Assembly: GCA_002104905.1 (NCBI GenBank)
Contig: MCFE01000008.1
Location: 124,001 to 188,000, forward strand
Direction of reading: 5' to 3'
DNA: 64,000 nt
Source of the DNA: Basidiobolus meristosporus CBS 931.73
Taxonomy: Eukaryota > Fungi > Basidiobolomycota
Position numbers and translations under genes: made by a program
Notes under the pieces: generated by a model
What the model was told of the DNA's origin: nothing
Database searches by the model: none
What the model saw: the letters and a program-made list of their open reading frames with translations, nothing else
Part shown: positions 21,563 to 35,572 of the stretch, piece after piece
Layout: each line of letters opens with the position of its first letter
Numbering within the stretch: position 1 is the stretch's first letter

Positions 21563-23520
21563 ATGGCGGCTGACAAAACTCCGGCCGTTGTACCAAAGAA
21601 ACCCTTTGAAAAGCGCCACTCCAAAGTGGCCGTCCTATTGGTGGTAATCATCTCCTCCATCCTACTATCCAAAACCACCAGCTTGGCGGCGAATTTGAAC
21701 GAACCACTCTATGGCAATGTGTTTTCCACGTATAACTTAACCACGGTCTCCACCACCTTCTTCTGTATCGGCTGCCTTACCAGTGTCGTATTCTCTCATA
21801 AGACGAACATCTGGTCAAGCTTTGACCTCCTTTCCTTGATCTATGCTGTCGGTCCGCTCGCGGTTCTCTACGAGCAGCGCTTCCTCCTAGAATACTCGCC
21901 GATCTTGACGCCTCATCTTATTCAGGCTTCCTTCGCGTACCCGATATATTTTCTCCTAGGCTTTGAAAACACAAGGCTGGCCACTGACTGGGCCAACCAA
22001 GCAGGAGGAGGTACACAATGGTGGAAGCTCCAGGTGTACGCTGGCCTGTTATCCGGACTTACCGTTTGGTTCGGTAAGGACAGAGCCATTTTCCACAATA
22101 CCGTATACAACGTATTTTATTTGGCAGCACTCGCCAGCTTCCTCTCTATCCTGTTCAAAGCCAGGACCTTCCTGAAATATCCAAGAGATTCGCGACCAAA
22201 CTATTCCGCCCTCTTGATTCATGGGGTGGTTCTCCTCGCTATACTATATTCCACCTCGTCGATACCTCAGTTCCAGCGCGGCCTAGTTGAGGTACAGGGG
22301 CCAGGGTTACTCCGAGAGATTTGGATTGGGCTAACTTGTTGTTCATCGCTTGCAGGGTCTCCACAATCCCCCCGATCGCAATCAGACCATTTTGGCTAGG
22401 ACTGAGTCCACGACTGGTTGGTTGTCGGTCTTCGAAGAGGAGGAGAGAAACATTCGCTTGATGCGAAGTGGCCACTCCCTTATTGGTGGTGTTTTTCGCG
22501 AGACCAACGAATCTGTCTTTGGATCGTTCTACTTTATGGAAGGTGAGTGATCTCGCTCAGTAGATTCTTCGCACCATCGTCTAAGCTCTCTTCCCTCCCC
22601 CCCCCAAGCTGTCCACCTGGCCAAGAAAAAGTCCACCGAACCTAAACGAGCACTACAAATGTAGGTGAATGATCTTCAAGCCGCAATCACAGAGATCGAG
22701 CTAAATTTGTTTGTCGTTTAGTGGTCTTGGTGTAGGAGTGTCAGCATGGTCGTTGATCAAGAACGGAGTCTCGGTTGACGTCGTCGAGATCGACCCTTAC
22801 GTGTACGAATACGCGAAGCAGTTCTTCGATTTACCTGAGCCAGCCCAAGTCCACATCCAGGATGGTAGAGAGTATATTAACTACGGCGAGCCGGCAGTCT
22901 ACGACTACATTCTTCATGATGTGTTCACGGGGGGCTCGGTGCCAGCCACGCTATTTTCCCTTGAGGCCCTACTGGAAATGAAGAAGGTCCTCAAGCCAGA
23001 TGGGATTCTTGCATTGGTAAGAGGAACCGGTGTTTTTGAGGCCTTTCGGACCAACTAATCTGATGGTAATGTAGAACTTCCTGGGGTCAAACCTCCATCC
23101 CTATAACCACACCATGGCTCATGTTACGCACACATTGAAAGCGGTGTTTCCTCATATCAGGTGCTACGCAGAAGGCACCAAGAATGAAAAGGGAGTTCAG
23201 AATTTCGTGAGTTGCTCTCCTCTCGCCTCGCATCAAAGTCCCCCATCGTAACCCACGTATTTCTGTAGGTCTACTTCGCCTCCTCAGAGAGCATTTCCTT
23301 CAGAGCACCACTCGAAGATGAGATCCATGACAGCTACATCAGGGAAGACATGTTGCACCGAATGCCGCAGATGGAGGTGGATCTGACCTACGATCCAAAA
23401 CTAGTGAGCATTCTCACTGACGAGAACAACCTGCTTGTCGAGAATCAAATCGACTCCGCACTGGAGCATTGGAAGGCCATGAGAACGCTCTTGCCGAGTG
23501 GATTTTGGTGGAACTATTGA
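21563..23520 (+). CDS. Multi-pass membrane protein with a C-terminal SAM-dependent (spermidine-synthase-like) methyltransferase domain
   Basis: Hydrophobic N-terminal half; RSGHSLIGG; spliced RALQIGLGVG glycine loop; VDVVEIDP; YDYILHDVFTGGSVP. Stop TGA at 23518-23520. Confidence 0.8.
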
Positions 23521-23708
23521 GGGCAAGAACCTCGCAATAAAAATGTTGGCCATTTTATTTCACTTGGATGAAGTCTAAATCACATGGAATCCCTGAACAA
23601 CGTAGAGGCCTATGTAGCGTCTATTCTCTACTATTTTCGAAAAATTGGGCCAAACAAAAGAAGGCCAGATGAAAATTTACATGAGCATAAATATGGAACA
23701 TCTCTAGC

Positions 23709-25021
23709 TTAAACCATGTCCGGATCAACGGAGGAACTATTCAGTCGCTTGGAGCGCCTGGTACCGTTGGAAATATACGGCGTGGGCTCCACCGCTTTGC
23801 GCGTTGACAAGACTTCAAGCGGCTCGCTCTGGCTCGACGTGTCACTCGTCCGATCGCTAACCAGGTCGTCCAGGACTTCATCGTCGTTGTAATTCACACG
23901 CTTGCGTCGTGTACGTAGGGTAGGAGGCTCCTTACGAAGACTGGCCAACCGAAGAAGCTTCCGCTCCTCGCGCTATTTTGAGGTTATGGTCGGTTCAGTT
24001 GGGATATTTCGTGAGAACGTACTAACCAAGATGTCAGCTTGCACCTGCGGTATCATATCCTCCACCAAGAGCCTGCGCAGGCTTTCTTGGTCCCGATTGC
24101 TGTTTTCGGCGAGTCCAATGGCCAGTATCTCCAAGTCATCTACATTCTTGGCCACCTTATATGCATCATAGGTGAGTGTCATTCTACGATCGCCATAGCG
24201 AGCTACATCCACTCACCGTTTCCCAGACGCAGCCCAGCATCTTCTTTCTGCGGGTTTCCCTGTAGATCCTACTATTCTCTTGGCAACTCATCAATCCACG
24301 CCCACCGTGCTCTACGCCAAAGTTAACAATAGATACCTCCAACTCTCCAATAGATTCTTTTCTTGGAATCTTTTCCGAGAGGTGTGATCGCGAAACCCTC
24401 CTCCTCTTGGTTGTTCTTGATGTGGTCCCGAATCTTGGCATTCTCCACCAAATGCGTCTCGCACAAACACTTCAAAATATGCACCTGGGTGGATTAAACG
24501 GTTTAGATATGATGCGCTTGGTCCGGGTATACAGGTTATGGTTACCTTAAAATGGAATTGAAGCTCGTGAAAGTCGGTGACTGACCTCAGAGGGTTCATG
24601 CCTTTTGGAAAGCATTCCTCTATGTCCACTCGCTCGTCAATGAATCTGAGCAAAGCTTTCTCCAGGGTGGTTCTATCCAGTTGAAAATCGAAGTTAACTT
24701 TCCCATTCAATTGTGGCTAAACATCTGCGAATGCTATCCCGCAACTCCATACTAACTTTCTTTGCTGATACCCAAGCGCAGTCAGGAGCATTTGGCATAT
24801 ATCAACCACCAAAGTGTTCTCCCGGGTATTCAGTATCGATTCCTCAAGCTCCTGCAAGGGGTGGGTTTAATCTTTACCCTGAATTGAACAGTAAGGGGTA
24901 TGCATTCTACCTCGATAGTGAATACTCTCTGGTCCAAGCATGGGCGGAAAGTTACAAAAAAGCCATAAACAAATGCGGTCTCCCACATGTTGGAAGGATG
25001 GCTGGGCATTTTGGCCGACAT
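23709..25021 (-). CDS. WHIM1/WHIM2-motif chromatin-remodelling cofactor (Ioc3/RSF1/CECR2-like), multi-exon
   Basis: Spliced DFHELQFHFKVHILKCLCETHL (WHIM1-like), PLGKDSKKRIYW (WHIM2-like) and RTRRKRVNYND. The last splice junction near 23950 is not resolved. Confidence 0.65.
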
Positions 25022-25429
25022 GATTACCTCAACTTGATATGTCGATTGGGCAGATTGGTGAAAAGAGAAATATCTCTCGGCAGCTTGGAAATGCGGTGAG
25101 GTTGCTGAGGACAGTGACTGGCCTACATAGAAGAATAATCCCGTGCTCAGATATTTTTATTTTACATTTTTTATTATTTGGATAAACAATGAATAATAGC
25201 ACCAAGCCACTATTCACTCTAGTCTTATCAACGTGTTTAAATGGGATTCCTGACTAAATCGCTTAATTGGTCAAATTGGTAAGCCTAATCGAAAATGCCC
25301 CTACTTAATTAACAAGGAACGTAACACTCTAGAATTTTACCTCTGCCCGTGTTATTAGTGGTTTTACTGAGGCCTACTTACTTGGCTGCTCCCACATTCA
25401 AGCCATTTTACTTTACGACATAGCGCATT

Positions 25430-26303
25430 ATGAAGTTGTATAATAATAGTAAGGATAGGGAAGTGTATGAAAATATGGCGGATCTGTACGCCATCATCGT
25501 GACTACGGAGCACCTGGAAAAGGCATACATTCGTGATTACATCACCCACGCTGAGTAAGTTTCCCAGCATTGTTCAGCCCTGCAGTCGTTAACTCCACTA
25601 AACACCCGGAAAAGATATACTCCTGCTTGTGCGAAGCTCATCGCCCAATTCAAAACGGCACTTAACCTAGTAAGCGACTCCGTCCCGGATGTGGAGCAAT
25701 TCATGAGGGAATACAAGGTGGTTGTTTTGGAGTTTTAGAAGGAATTGAGCAGGATATTAACACTATACCCAACTGGCTTAGCTATCATGCCCAGCAGCAG
25801 CTAATCGACTCTTAAAAATTGGAGTCCCAGCTACAATCGAACACGCGACCTCTGGACACGACTCCAGCAAGTCAGCCAAGTACGTTGCTGAGACCGTCCA
25901 AGTATGTTGATTAACTATCTGGCGTACAACAATTGCTTGGTAACCATTGGGAATATCTATTCTAGCACTTCATCACACTTATGGATTCGCTGAAATTGAA
26001 CATGGTTGCTGTGGACCAGATCCATCCATGGCTAAGTGAGCTGATGCAAAGTTTGAGTAATGTGAGCTCGCTTCCAGCAGATTTCGAAGGCAAGGCCAAG
26101 ATTCGGGATTGGTTTGTATTTCGATATTCATCACCAGAAACTCCACGAACTAATCCACGAAAATATACATAAATAATAGGCTTATCACTTTAAATAAGAT
26201 GAAGGCCAGCGACGAAATCAACGAAGAGCAAGTTAGGCAACTGCTTTTTGATCTAGAAAACGCGCACAGTGCATTCTATAGGTCATTATCTGATAAAACC
26301 TAA
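25430..26303 (+). CDS. VPS28: ESCRT-I subunit Vps28, multi-exon (true start may lie in a short upstream exon)
   Basis: ENMADLYAIIVTTEHLEKAYIRD, RLLKIGVPATIEH, HFITLMDSLKLNMVAVDQIHP, RQLLFDLENAHSAF. Confidence 0.93.
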
Positions 26304-26503
26304 TAAATATTTTCTCAACCAATTGAGCGCCACCTGGTATTTCCGCAATCCAATCGTGCAACCAACCGCTGATGTCCGTAATCTATTTGGGACTTCTGCA
26401 GCCATCATCTATATTGATTTGCCCAAGATCGTTGTGCTGGCAGGGCGCTGGCGATATAAATTGGCCGAAATAGAGGTCGAGTGTTTGCAGGCAACTTTTC
26501 ATT

Positions 26504-29500
26504 ATGGTTTCAAGCGGTTTACCAAGTCACCAAGCTAAACGTCCACCTCCCCTGGTCGACACCTCTAACTTTCTCTCTTTCTTCACCTTCCAATTCATCC
26601 AACCGTTGATTCTGTTTGGACGCAAGAACGAAATCTCCGAAGAACATCTACATGACCTGGGCAAACGCGAGGAAGTTGGCCAACTCACTGAACGCTTGGC
26701 TCAGGAATGGTGCGCTGAAGCCGTGAGGGAGCAGCCGAATTTTTGGAAGGTCCTGTTGAAAGTATTTGGGCCCTTCTACAGCCTGACCCTGCTTAACGGA
26801 GGTATCGAAGCCGCAGCTCAGATTGGCGAAGCAGTGCTCCTCGGGTAAGTTTCAATTCCAATTTCAAATAATCCATGTTTATATAATCAAGAAGAACTGA
26901 TGCCAATCAATTTTTAGTTGAGCCAGCCTTGCTAGAACCTGGTACAGTTCCGCTCAACCTCGTGAGATCATATCGCTGCTATTACTTTTCACGCACCAAG
27001 TCTCTCCAGCCATTCCCGTGCTCAGTAGCTCAGCCAAGGTCGATGATCATGTTGGAGAGGAAAACCTATCGATTGATTGCGCATTTCGGGGACGCTTGTG
27101 GCCTTGTGAAGAACTCTTCTAATTCGTAATGTTACCAATTTTCAGGTATCTTATTCGATTCTTCCAAAACCCAGACTCTTCAATGCGAGACGGCTATCTG
27201 TATGCCTTTGCACTTGCCGTTTGCACGTTTATCCATGCGGTCATCCACCACCACTACTTCTTCCCGGCTCTTAGAACGGGACTTCACACGAGGATGGGGT
27301 TGATTGCCCTGATGTATCGAAAGTGCTTGGCGCTTTCGGTCTCCTCGTCAACCTCTACTGGAAGTATCATTAACATGATCTCCAATGATGTGCAGCCATT
27401 TGAGAATGCTGCCACCTTTGCCACGTGGATCGTCATTGGTCCCATCCAGGTCATCATTGTGATTGTTCTTCTGTATCTAGAGATCGGAGTCTCCACATTC
27501 GCTGGGTTGTGTGCGTTTGCATTTCTTTTGCCCTTGCAGACGTATTTTGCGAAGCGTTTCACCCACTTGCGAAAGGAGACGGTGCGGTTCCGTGATGATC
27601 GTATTAGATCTCTCGCTGATGTTCTCTCTGGTATTAGCTTAGTGAAACTCTCTGCATGGGAGCTTCCATTATCTAAGCGGATCAGTGAGCTTCGAGAGAG
27701 CGAATTGAAGTATATTGGTAAAGCCAATAACATGCGAGCATTCAACATGGCCAGCTATTTTTTCTTTCAGAGTGTGGTTTCCCTTTTTACCTTCGTGACG
27801 TATTGGTCTTTGGGAAACCCACTGCGAGCTGACAAGATCTTCGTCTCGCTCACGTTGTTCAATGTTATTCGTTTGACCATGACCAATTACTTCCCTCAAG
27901 CGCTTTCCACTTTAGCTGAGGCCCGTGTTTCTGCTGAAAGAATCCGGGAATTCCTGCTACTTCCGGAGCTCAAGTCACTTGAGCCCATCCAAGAAGCTGT
28001 CAAGAAGGTTTATGAAGTTGCCAAAGAAAAACTCACCACTGATGTAGGAGCAGATCCTTCGCAATTGCCGCTTAGCTCTGACTTCGCTCTAGAGTTAGAT
28101 AATGCCTCCTTTTCTTGGTCCGCACCCCCTAACACTCACGACGCTGTAGCTGAACCTGATGTTCTGCAAAAGCTATCGCTCAAATTGAAACATGGCGAGC
28201 TTCTTGCCGTTGTTGGCCCAGTTGGATCTGGGAAATCCTCGTTTTGTATGTCGATTCTTAAGGAACTTCGGCTGAGCGATGGTAGTATGAATCTGGGGAC
28301 CAAGGCCAATGGTGAGCCCCTCAAAGTCTCATACGCTGCACAGTCACCGTGGCTATTTGCGGGCACAGTACGGGACAACATCCTTTTTGGAGCACCGTTC
28401 GATCCTGTCCGATTCTGGGAGGTTATCAGAGTTTGCCAACTTGAGCGTGATTTTACGCTTCTTAGTGATGGAGAATACACGTTAATTGGCGAGAAGGGAA
28501 CCACGCTGTCTGGAGGTCAAAGAGCTCGTATTGCCCTCGCTCGTTCAGTCTATCAAAAGGCTGATCTATACATCCTCGATGATCCGTTGTCTGCTGTAGA
28601 TCCACATGTTGGTTACAAAATGTTCCATGACTGTATCCACACCTACCTGAAGTCCAAGACAGTCGTTCTAGCCACCCACCAGCTTCAATTCGTCAAGGAG
28701 TGCGACTCCGTCATGATTCTAGAGTCAGGTATGGCTACCTTTTCAGGGTTGTCCAGTGAAGTGCCAGACTATCAAAATCAGGAGGAAAGAAAGGTTGACT
28801 CCGGGGAACTCTTACGCAAGTCGTTTATCAACGTCTTGCGAGAATACTACCGGCCTAGTTTGAATGGCGATGCTACGAAGAGCAAGAAAGATGTCAAGGA
28901 CTACGAGCTCGACTGTGACAAATCCGTTCAAGAAAACGAAGACACAGTGGAGACCGTCGCCGAGGAATATGATCCAAAGGCCAATCAACTAGTCGCAGAG
29001 GACCGAAATATGGGAGGAACTAGCCTACGAACTTATATGGAGTTTTTCAAGATTGGCTCCTCCAATGTGTTTCTCGTATTAGTCGGGATCTTCTTGGTTA
29101 TTGGTCAAGGATTCGCCGTTGCATCTGATTTCTTCCTATCCGAATGGACTGGATATGGTGAAGAAAAGCAAAAAGAGCAGAAAAACGCTGGGATCTTTGC
29201 TGTGCTAGCGGTCCTCACCGTAGTATTTGCCAGCTTACGTGCTCTGTTGTTCTTCAAAGCACTTCATAAATCCTCCAAAAGGATATTCGAGGTAATGCTT
29301 GACGCCGTGTTGAATACAGACATCAACTTCTTCCAAACTCAGCCCCAGGGTCGCATCCTCAACCGATTCTCCAAAGACCAAGCCAACTGCGACGAGCTCT
29401 TACCATGGAATTTCTTTGATGCAGTTCAATGCTTCCTCATGCTGCTCGGCTCTATCGTCGTGGTCTGTATCGCGAATCCCTGGATTGTCATATCGTTGCC

Positions 29501-30798
29501 TTTTCTTGGGGCGATCTTTTATACCCTGAGACGGCTTTATATGCTTACATCCCGCCAGGTCAAGCAGATCGAATCCACCACCAGGTCGCCAGTATACTCC
29601 CTACTCTCCGAGAGTCTGGATGGCCTGGCTACGATCCGCGCATTCTCTGCTCAGGACAGGTTCCTTGATATGTTCGTTGCGGCCGAGAATGAGAATTGTA
29701 GGGCATTCTTCATGTATCTCTGCTCTGCTAGATGGCTGGGATTCCGATTGGATGTCTTGGCGGCAATTTTCCTTACTATCACCGCATTCGCCTCCGTTGC
29801 CGCGCGACAGACCCAAACGGCTGGGACTCGTAGGACTGTCGCTTAGCTACGTGTTGCAGCTTATGGGCCAACTCCAATGGGCGGTGCGCCAGTCCATCGA
29901 GGTGGAGATCACCTTTGTTTCTGTTGACCGCATGCTTTCCTACACCAGGCTGAGGCCCGAGGGACCCCGTGTTACCGACACCCAACCACCCGAAGACTGG
30001 CCCAAGAATGCAGAAATCCAATTCAAGGACATGTCGCTTACCTATCCCGGGTCCGATCGGGCGGTGTTGCGCGATATCAACCTGTCAGTGAAGCGCCACG
30101 AAAAGATCGGAGTGGTTGGCCGGACTGGTGCTGGTAAATCTTCCCTGCTAACAGCACTATTTCGGCTGATAGATGCCTCGCCAGCCGGATGTATAGTCAT
30201 CGACGGGGTACCCATATCGGATCTTGGGTTGGACGATCTGAGAAAGGCTATCTCGATCATCCCGCAAGAGCCCTTTTTGTTCAAAGGAACGCTCCGGTTT
30301 AATCTGGACCCTTTTAATCAACATGACGATGCATCCATATGGAATGCTTTGGAGATGGCCGAGCTCAAAGAGACGGTCGGAAAACTCTCCTCCGGGCTAG
30401 ACACTCCAGTCACAGAAAATGGGAAGAACTTCTCTATCGGACAAAGGCAGCTGCTCTCCCTCACCAGGGCGATTCTTCGAAACACCCGTCTCTTGGTGAT
30501 GGACGAGGCGACTGCCAACGTCGACTTGCAATCAGATCGCTTTATCCAACGCTCCATCCATACATGCTTCAAGGACTCCACCGTGCTTACCATCGCCCAT
30601 CGGTTGAATACCGTCATTGGTGATTACGACCGGATCTTGGTCTTGGAGCAAGGGGAGGTGGTTGAGTTCGATGAGCCCTGGAACTTGTTGCAAAATGAGA
30701 AAGGTTGGCTCTCGGGCATGGTACGTAGCACCGGACCCGAAAGCGAGCTGGAACTACGCAAAGTTGCTAAGGAGCAGTGGGATCGCTTACACTGCTGA
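26504..30798 (+). CDS. ABCC/MRP-type full ABC transporter (TMD-NBD-TMD-NBD); intron 26845-27145; apparent +1 frameshift near 29824
   Basis: NBD1 GPVGSGKS, LSGGQRARIAL and ILDDPLSAVD. NBD2 GRTGAGKSS, FSIGQRQL and VMDEATANVD. Confidence 0.92.
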
Positions 30799-30838
30799 TT
30801 TATTGTAGTTCATTCATTACATCACCAATAAATCACTA

Positions 30839-33800
30839 TTATTCTTTCTCTACGTTCATCTTCTTCTCTTCATTCGAATGATCTTGGAGGATATGCATCA
30901 TCTTCTCCTCGATCTTGTCTTTACTCCACTGGAGTTTACGTACGATCTTGGATTTGGAGATGTTTTGGGATCGCCCCTTCTTTGACAGCTTGCCTTCAAG
31001 CTTATCCTTGTAGTATTGGAGCTTGCTGGCAGTTTCCATTTCGTCCCCGTCAGAATCCACGTCGGACTCGGACTGACTGGCCGGCAGCTCCTTGGAGTTG
31101 ACGGAGTAGTCAAGTTGGTTCACCCCCAACCAATCCGATCTGAAATCCGGTCGCTCCTCATGCGCAGATGATATACCAGGAACAAATCTCATCTCCATAC
31201 TCATATGGCCATATATCTCTTCGTCCTCAACCGCCTGCTCCTCTTCCAGATACATGTTCATCCCCTCCTGCTCGTCTCGGAATTTGTTGATCGGTGCCTC
31301 TAGGCAGGTCCACTCCCAATCAACCAGGCGTCGTAGCCAGATTTGTGTTGCGGAGAAGATGTTGGAAAGCTTCAAGGTCCGTTTGTCAAATCGGACCAGA
31401 ATCGCTGACTGGTATCGATGATGGACCGGGAAGCGTAACGAAAGATCCGCGTAGGTGATTGTGTCTTCTGTAACCAGCGTTGGTTCGCTTATCTTTTCGG
31501 CACATACAGGCGCTAGGTTCAATTGTAAATGACAGCCGATCTTGTGCATCTTTTGATTGCTGAATTGTTCAGTTAACCCGTACAACCGGATTCTTCGCAC
31601 CTCCAACGTGCCGACCTCTAGAAAATCCTGAACTTAACCCGCTGGGACGAAAGCGAGGGATCACATAACTTTGAACTTACCAAAACCACACAGCTCTCTA
31701 GGAAGAGTTAGCAAAACTGGCTTGAAGAGGAAGCTAATTCGGATCTTTCCAAAACCAATTCCACCTTTCAAAGGGAACCATTGTGTATGTTGCTTTCGTT
31801 GCTACGGATAATTTCATAATCAGGTTAGTGCTGATAGGGGGAATGTCGGTCTCTTTGGAGCGTACCATAGAGGACTTCTGGGTAACCTCACTTAGTCGCA
31901 CCAGCACCATACCAAGCACCGGGTCATGTTCTAGATTCCTTTCATTTTTTACGGTCACCCGGACCGTGGCATTGTCAAAATCGTTGATGAACTGTTCGGT
32001 GGACACGTTCCAATACTATACGAAGTCGACTGGGTTAATGGTGGTGCATTGTTTGGAAAGCACTTGGCCCAAAAATTACCGGTGCGGTGCTATGCATCTT
32101 TGTTCGGGTCTGATAGACCTTGGTATCGTTGACGAATATGTTGGCATAAGGGTTTGGCGGTATAGTGTGATCGTATGGATGTTCCTGGTCCGTGAATGAT
32201 GGATCAGATATTTCAACATCGATGGCTTGATGGACTTGGACACACAGAATGCCGGCTGTCTCTTAATGTAAGTATGAGCTACAACAAACCACGGTCTGCA
32301 CTTAAACTTACGTGTGTGATCAAACTTCCCAGGCTTGGAATTCATAGCAGCGAAGTTCTGGTCCTCCTGCACTGGATCTCGGGAAACCCAAGCTGTCTCG
32401 TCGATATCCTGGGTGTCTTTGGCTTTTATATCTAAAGGATACACCACCTCGTCTGTTATGGCTTCTGGGTTCGAGGCATCTCCCATTGGGCTACCATCAC
32501 TTTTGCCCACCTCTGCCTGGTTGTTTGGTTGCTCACTATCACATGGATTATCGTCGCTTTCTAGCAGTTTTTCTCGGGGATACTTCGGATGGTACACCAT
32601 TCGGTACCGTACTCTTGGCAAATTCATCGACACCTTCCCCCTTGATACCCCTTCCCCTATGACTTGAGCCTGTTCGTCGAAATACTCCCATCTATTCATG
32701 TATTGTTAGGTTAGACACTACCAAGGATACTAGACATCCGCTTACCCATCGCATATGAGTTGCTCCTCAAATAGATTGGGGTCAATCAGATCAGTAACTT
32801 TCTTGCGGATAATTCCCACCATCTTGTTCACCACTCCAACTTTCGATTGATCACGAACGGAGATCTGGATCTCATTTTCATTTTCAATGTCATCCTCCGT
32901 GACCAACATCACCATGGTCTCGTTCCATACGGGATTGATGTTGTCGGACAGTACGCGAGTGTGTTGCACTGAGTTTCTTGGATCATTTACCATTGACAAT
33001 GTCAGAAACACTCTATCCAAGTCTGAAGGTTCTGCGTGAGTAATCGATACAAGATTGAATTGGCTCAAGATCCTTACCTCCGAGATCAAGGTCAGACAGA
33101 TTCTCTCCCTCATAAATGTCCACCCTGATTACTCCAACGGATTTCGTATCTATGTGAAAGCCACGAATTTAGCTTCAAAGACGGTCCAGAGATCCCCAGG
33201 TAAAGCATACCGTGGATAACATCATCGCCGGTAAGAAAGCTTTCTAAATCAAGAGTCAGAGACTTTGGCTGGGTCATCTCAGCTAAAGTAGCTTTGATGG
33301 CATCCTCTATGTATCCCTTGAATATTGGCACCTTGACGCTAGGTGTTAGATCACCACCAATGACAGCAACAAATATAACAACGTACTTTCATCAAGTTAA
33401 AATGTTGAACCAATGGACGCACGGCACATTCGATGGCGGGCATGCTTACAAAGGCGAACATTCCCTCTTGCAGGAAAGGCGCGTTGGACATGGTACGAAC
33501 ATCGAATTTAACCTTGATTTCGTTAACGCCAACACACACTACAATGACCAGAGCTCTCTTGGACTTACTTTGCCGTCGCATCTTAAAAGCTCCGCCCTAA
33601 CTGGTATAACGGCATTGATCCCTGTATGTAGCTCCAGAGTGAAATGAGGAGGAGTTGCTCGGTTCTCTGGCACCCCCAGTATGTGAGTATCCATGGGGAA
33701 AGCATGAAAGCTGAATGTAGCTTCACCATACTAGACAATATACAGACGTTGATTGGATAGGCTTTGCATATGCAGTTGAACCCTACTTACCACCATATCC

Positions 33801-34848
33801 TCCGACCCTTCTGAATCTGAAGGAAAGATCCTGACACTACAACCCAACAATCAGTAATCGATGCATACGTTAAGAATACTCGTTCGACAACTCACTTGGA
33901 AAGACGCGGTGCCTGCACACCGACATCGAACTCGACAATCTTGACTCGTTTCTATGCGAAAGTCGATTAATCAAGCGCCCAGTGAAACCTATCTTACCCA
34001 AGTCCAGAAGAGTTACCGCAAATGTTTTCAGCTGTTCGGCCATTGCATCCTCCATCATGTCTATCAAGGCAGAGAACAAACTGGGCTCTAGACTACGCCA
34101 CAATATACCTAGTATATAGTTGATCCACTCAACAGATTCCCCCCGCTTCTGCATAATCTAGAATCATCGAGGTGAATTCCATGCAAGGGAGCTGACAGCA
34201 AGGTGTGTGCAACCTACCTTGTTGTTTGCCCTATCCCGCTCGATCATCCACTCTACACCCTGTCTGCTCTGCCTTATACACTGCTGGTATCCCCATGAAC
34301 AGCTGTACATTATAATTACTACGATAAAGAGTATCTTCGATCCAAAAAGACTGCCGCAGAATATAACATGCTATGCCACATCCGAAAATAATCTGGGTTC
34401 CCCTTTGCTCTATGGATGTGGTCAGTTGTTTGGGAGTCGGTGTATCTAATGGTAATGGGCGTAAATCAGTGCTTCTTTTGTCCTCTGCCGTCTCAACCGC
34501 GGCATATGCTGATACGTTATTCTCTTCGGTGTCGTTGGTATTTCCTGTCTGAGATAACTCTTGACTGTTCCCACACAACACAGGTGGCTGACTCGTTTGT
34601 GTGTTGTCTATGTAGGACTCTACGGCAGGTTTGCTGCGACTCGGAACCTTATCTTCCGCTGAACTGTCAACCTGCGAGTGGTTGCCGGAATCGTGGTGTG
34701 TTAGTATGTCTGAAGGTGGTTCAATCTCACCAATACGATTACTCTCGGGCATAGAAGTCATAGGCACCGGATACAAGTGGGTCTCTTCGATGGGCTTAGC
34801 ATCAGTAGTTATTGGCATTTGTACAAGAAATGGATATGTTTCTTTCAA
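30839..34848 (-). CDS. SMP/C2-domain membrane contact-site protein (Mug190/tricalbin-like), many introns, start uncertain
   Basis: ESVEWINYILGILWRSLEP (SMP-like), C2 motifs TRVLSDNINPVWNETM and NPYANIFVND..VYQTR, and WFPLKGGIGFGKIRISFLF. Confidence 0.8.
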
Positions 34849-35572
34849 GTTAGTTAAGTTTAGAACACTGGAGGCTAGTTTGCTGGCGACATGGTCAACA
34901 TTAAATATGCGTATATTATTCCTGCTGACTGTGTTTAAACTAATACTAAAACAAGATAATTCGTAGTCACGATGATGTCAACAAAAAGCTTGGCCTGGAT
35001 AAGGCAATTTATTTGCTTATGATGGTTGAACATTCATCACTTCATGCATCATAAAGACTTCTGTACGAAGAATCACTTGGCCAAATTCGATTCTAGGTTA
35101 ACAGAAAATTTAACCGATGATCGATCATTTCAACGATTGATCGCGAATAATCGGGCCGATCAGGGGGAACTAGAATGATGAGCAGGAACCGTACAGAACC
35201 ACGTACAGAACCACGTTCAAAAGAACACTCCGAGTTATTTATAGCCGTATTTAGGCGCGACGACGGCAACCACTCTAAATAAATCACATTGTATAAACAA
35301 ACCAAGTTTACCATTCGCCAGTTTGGGAAGTTACTTACTCTCCTGTGGAGGTTAGGGCAGGCAGCAAAGTTAATTCCAATTAAGGCCATCATTGATAATC
35401 TCGCCACAGTGAAAACCAACAGGATAACTTGGCTTTGTTATTGTATCCCCCAAATTAATTAACTGGGAAATTCAGAATTACCGTACGCCGACCAAACGTC
35501 GGTGGCAATGAGTATATAATAACTTCCGTTTGATACTCCGAAAGCATAATCAACGGTCCATATCATAAAACC

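Noticed and set aside
35189-35216. 12-bp tandem repeat GTACAGAACCAC upstream of the chitosanase
   Set aside because: Only about two copies, consistent with ordinary slippage, with no evidence of function.
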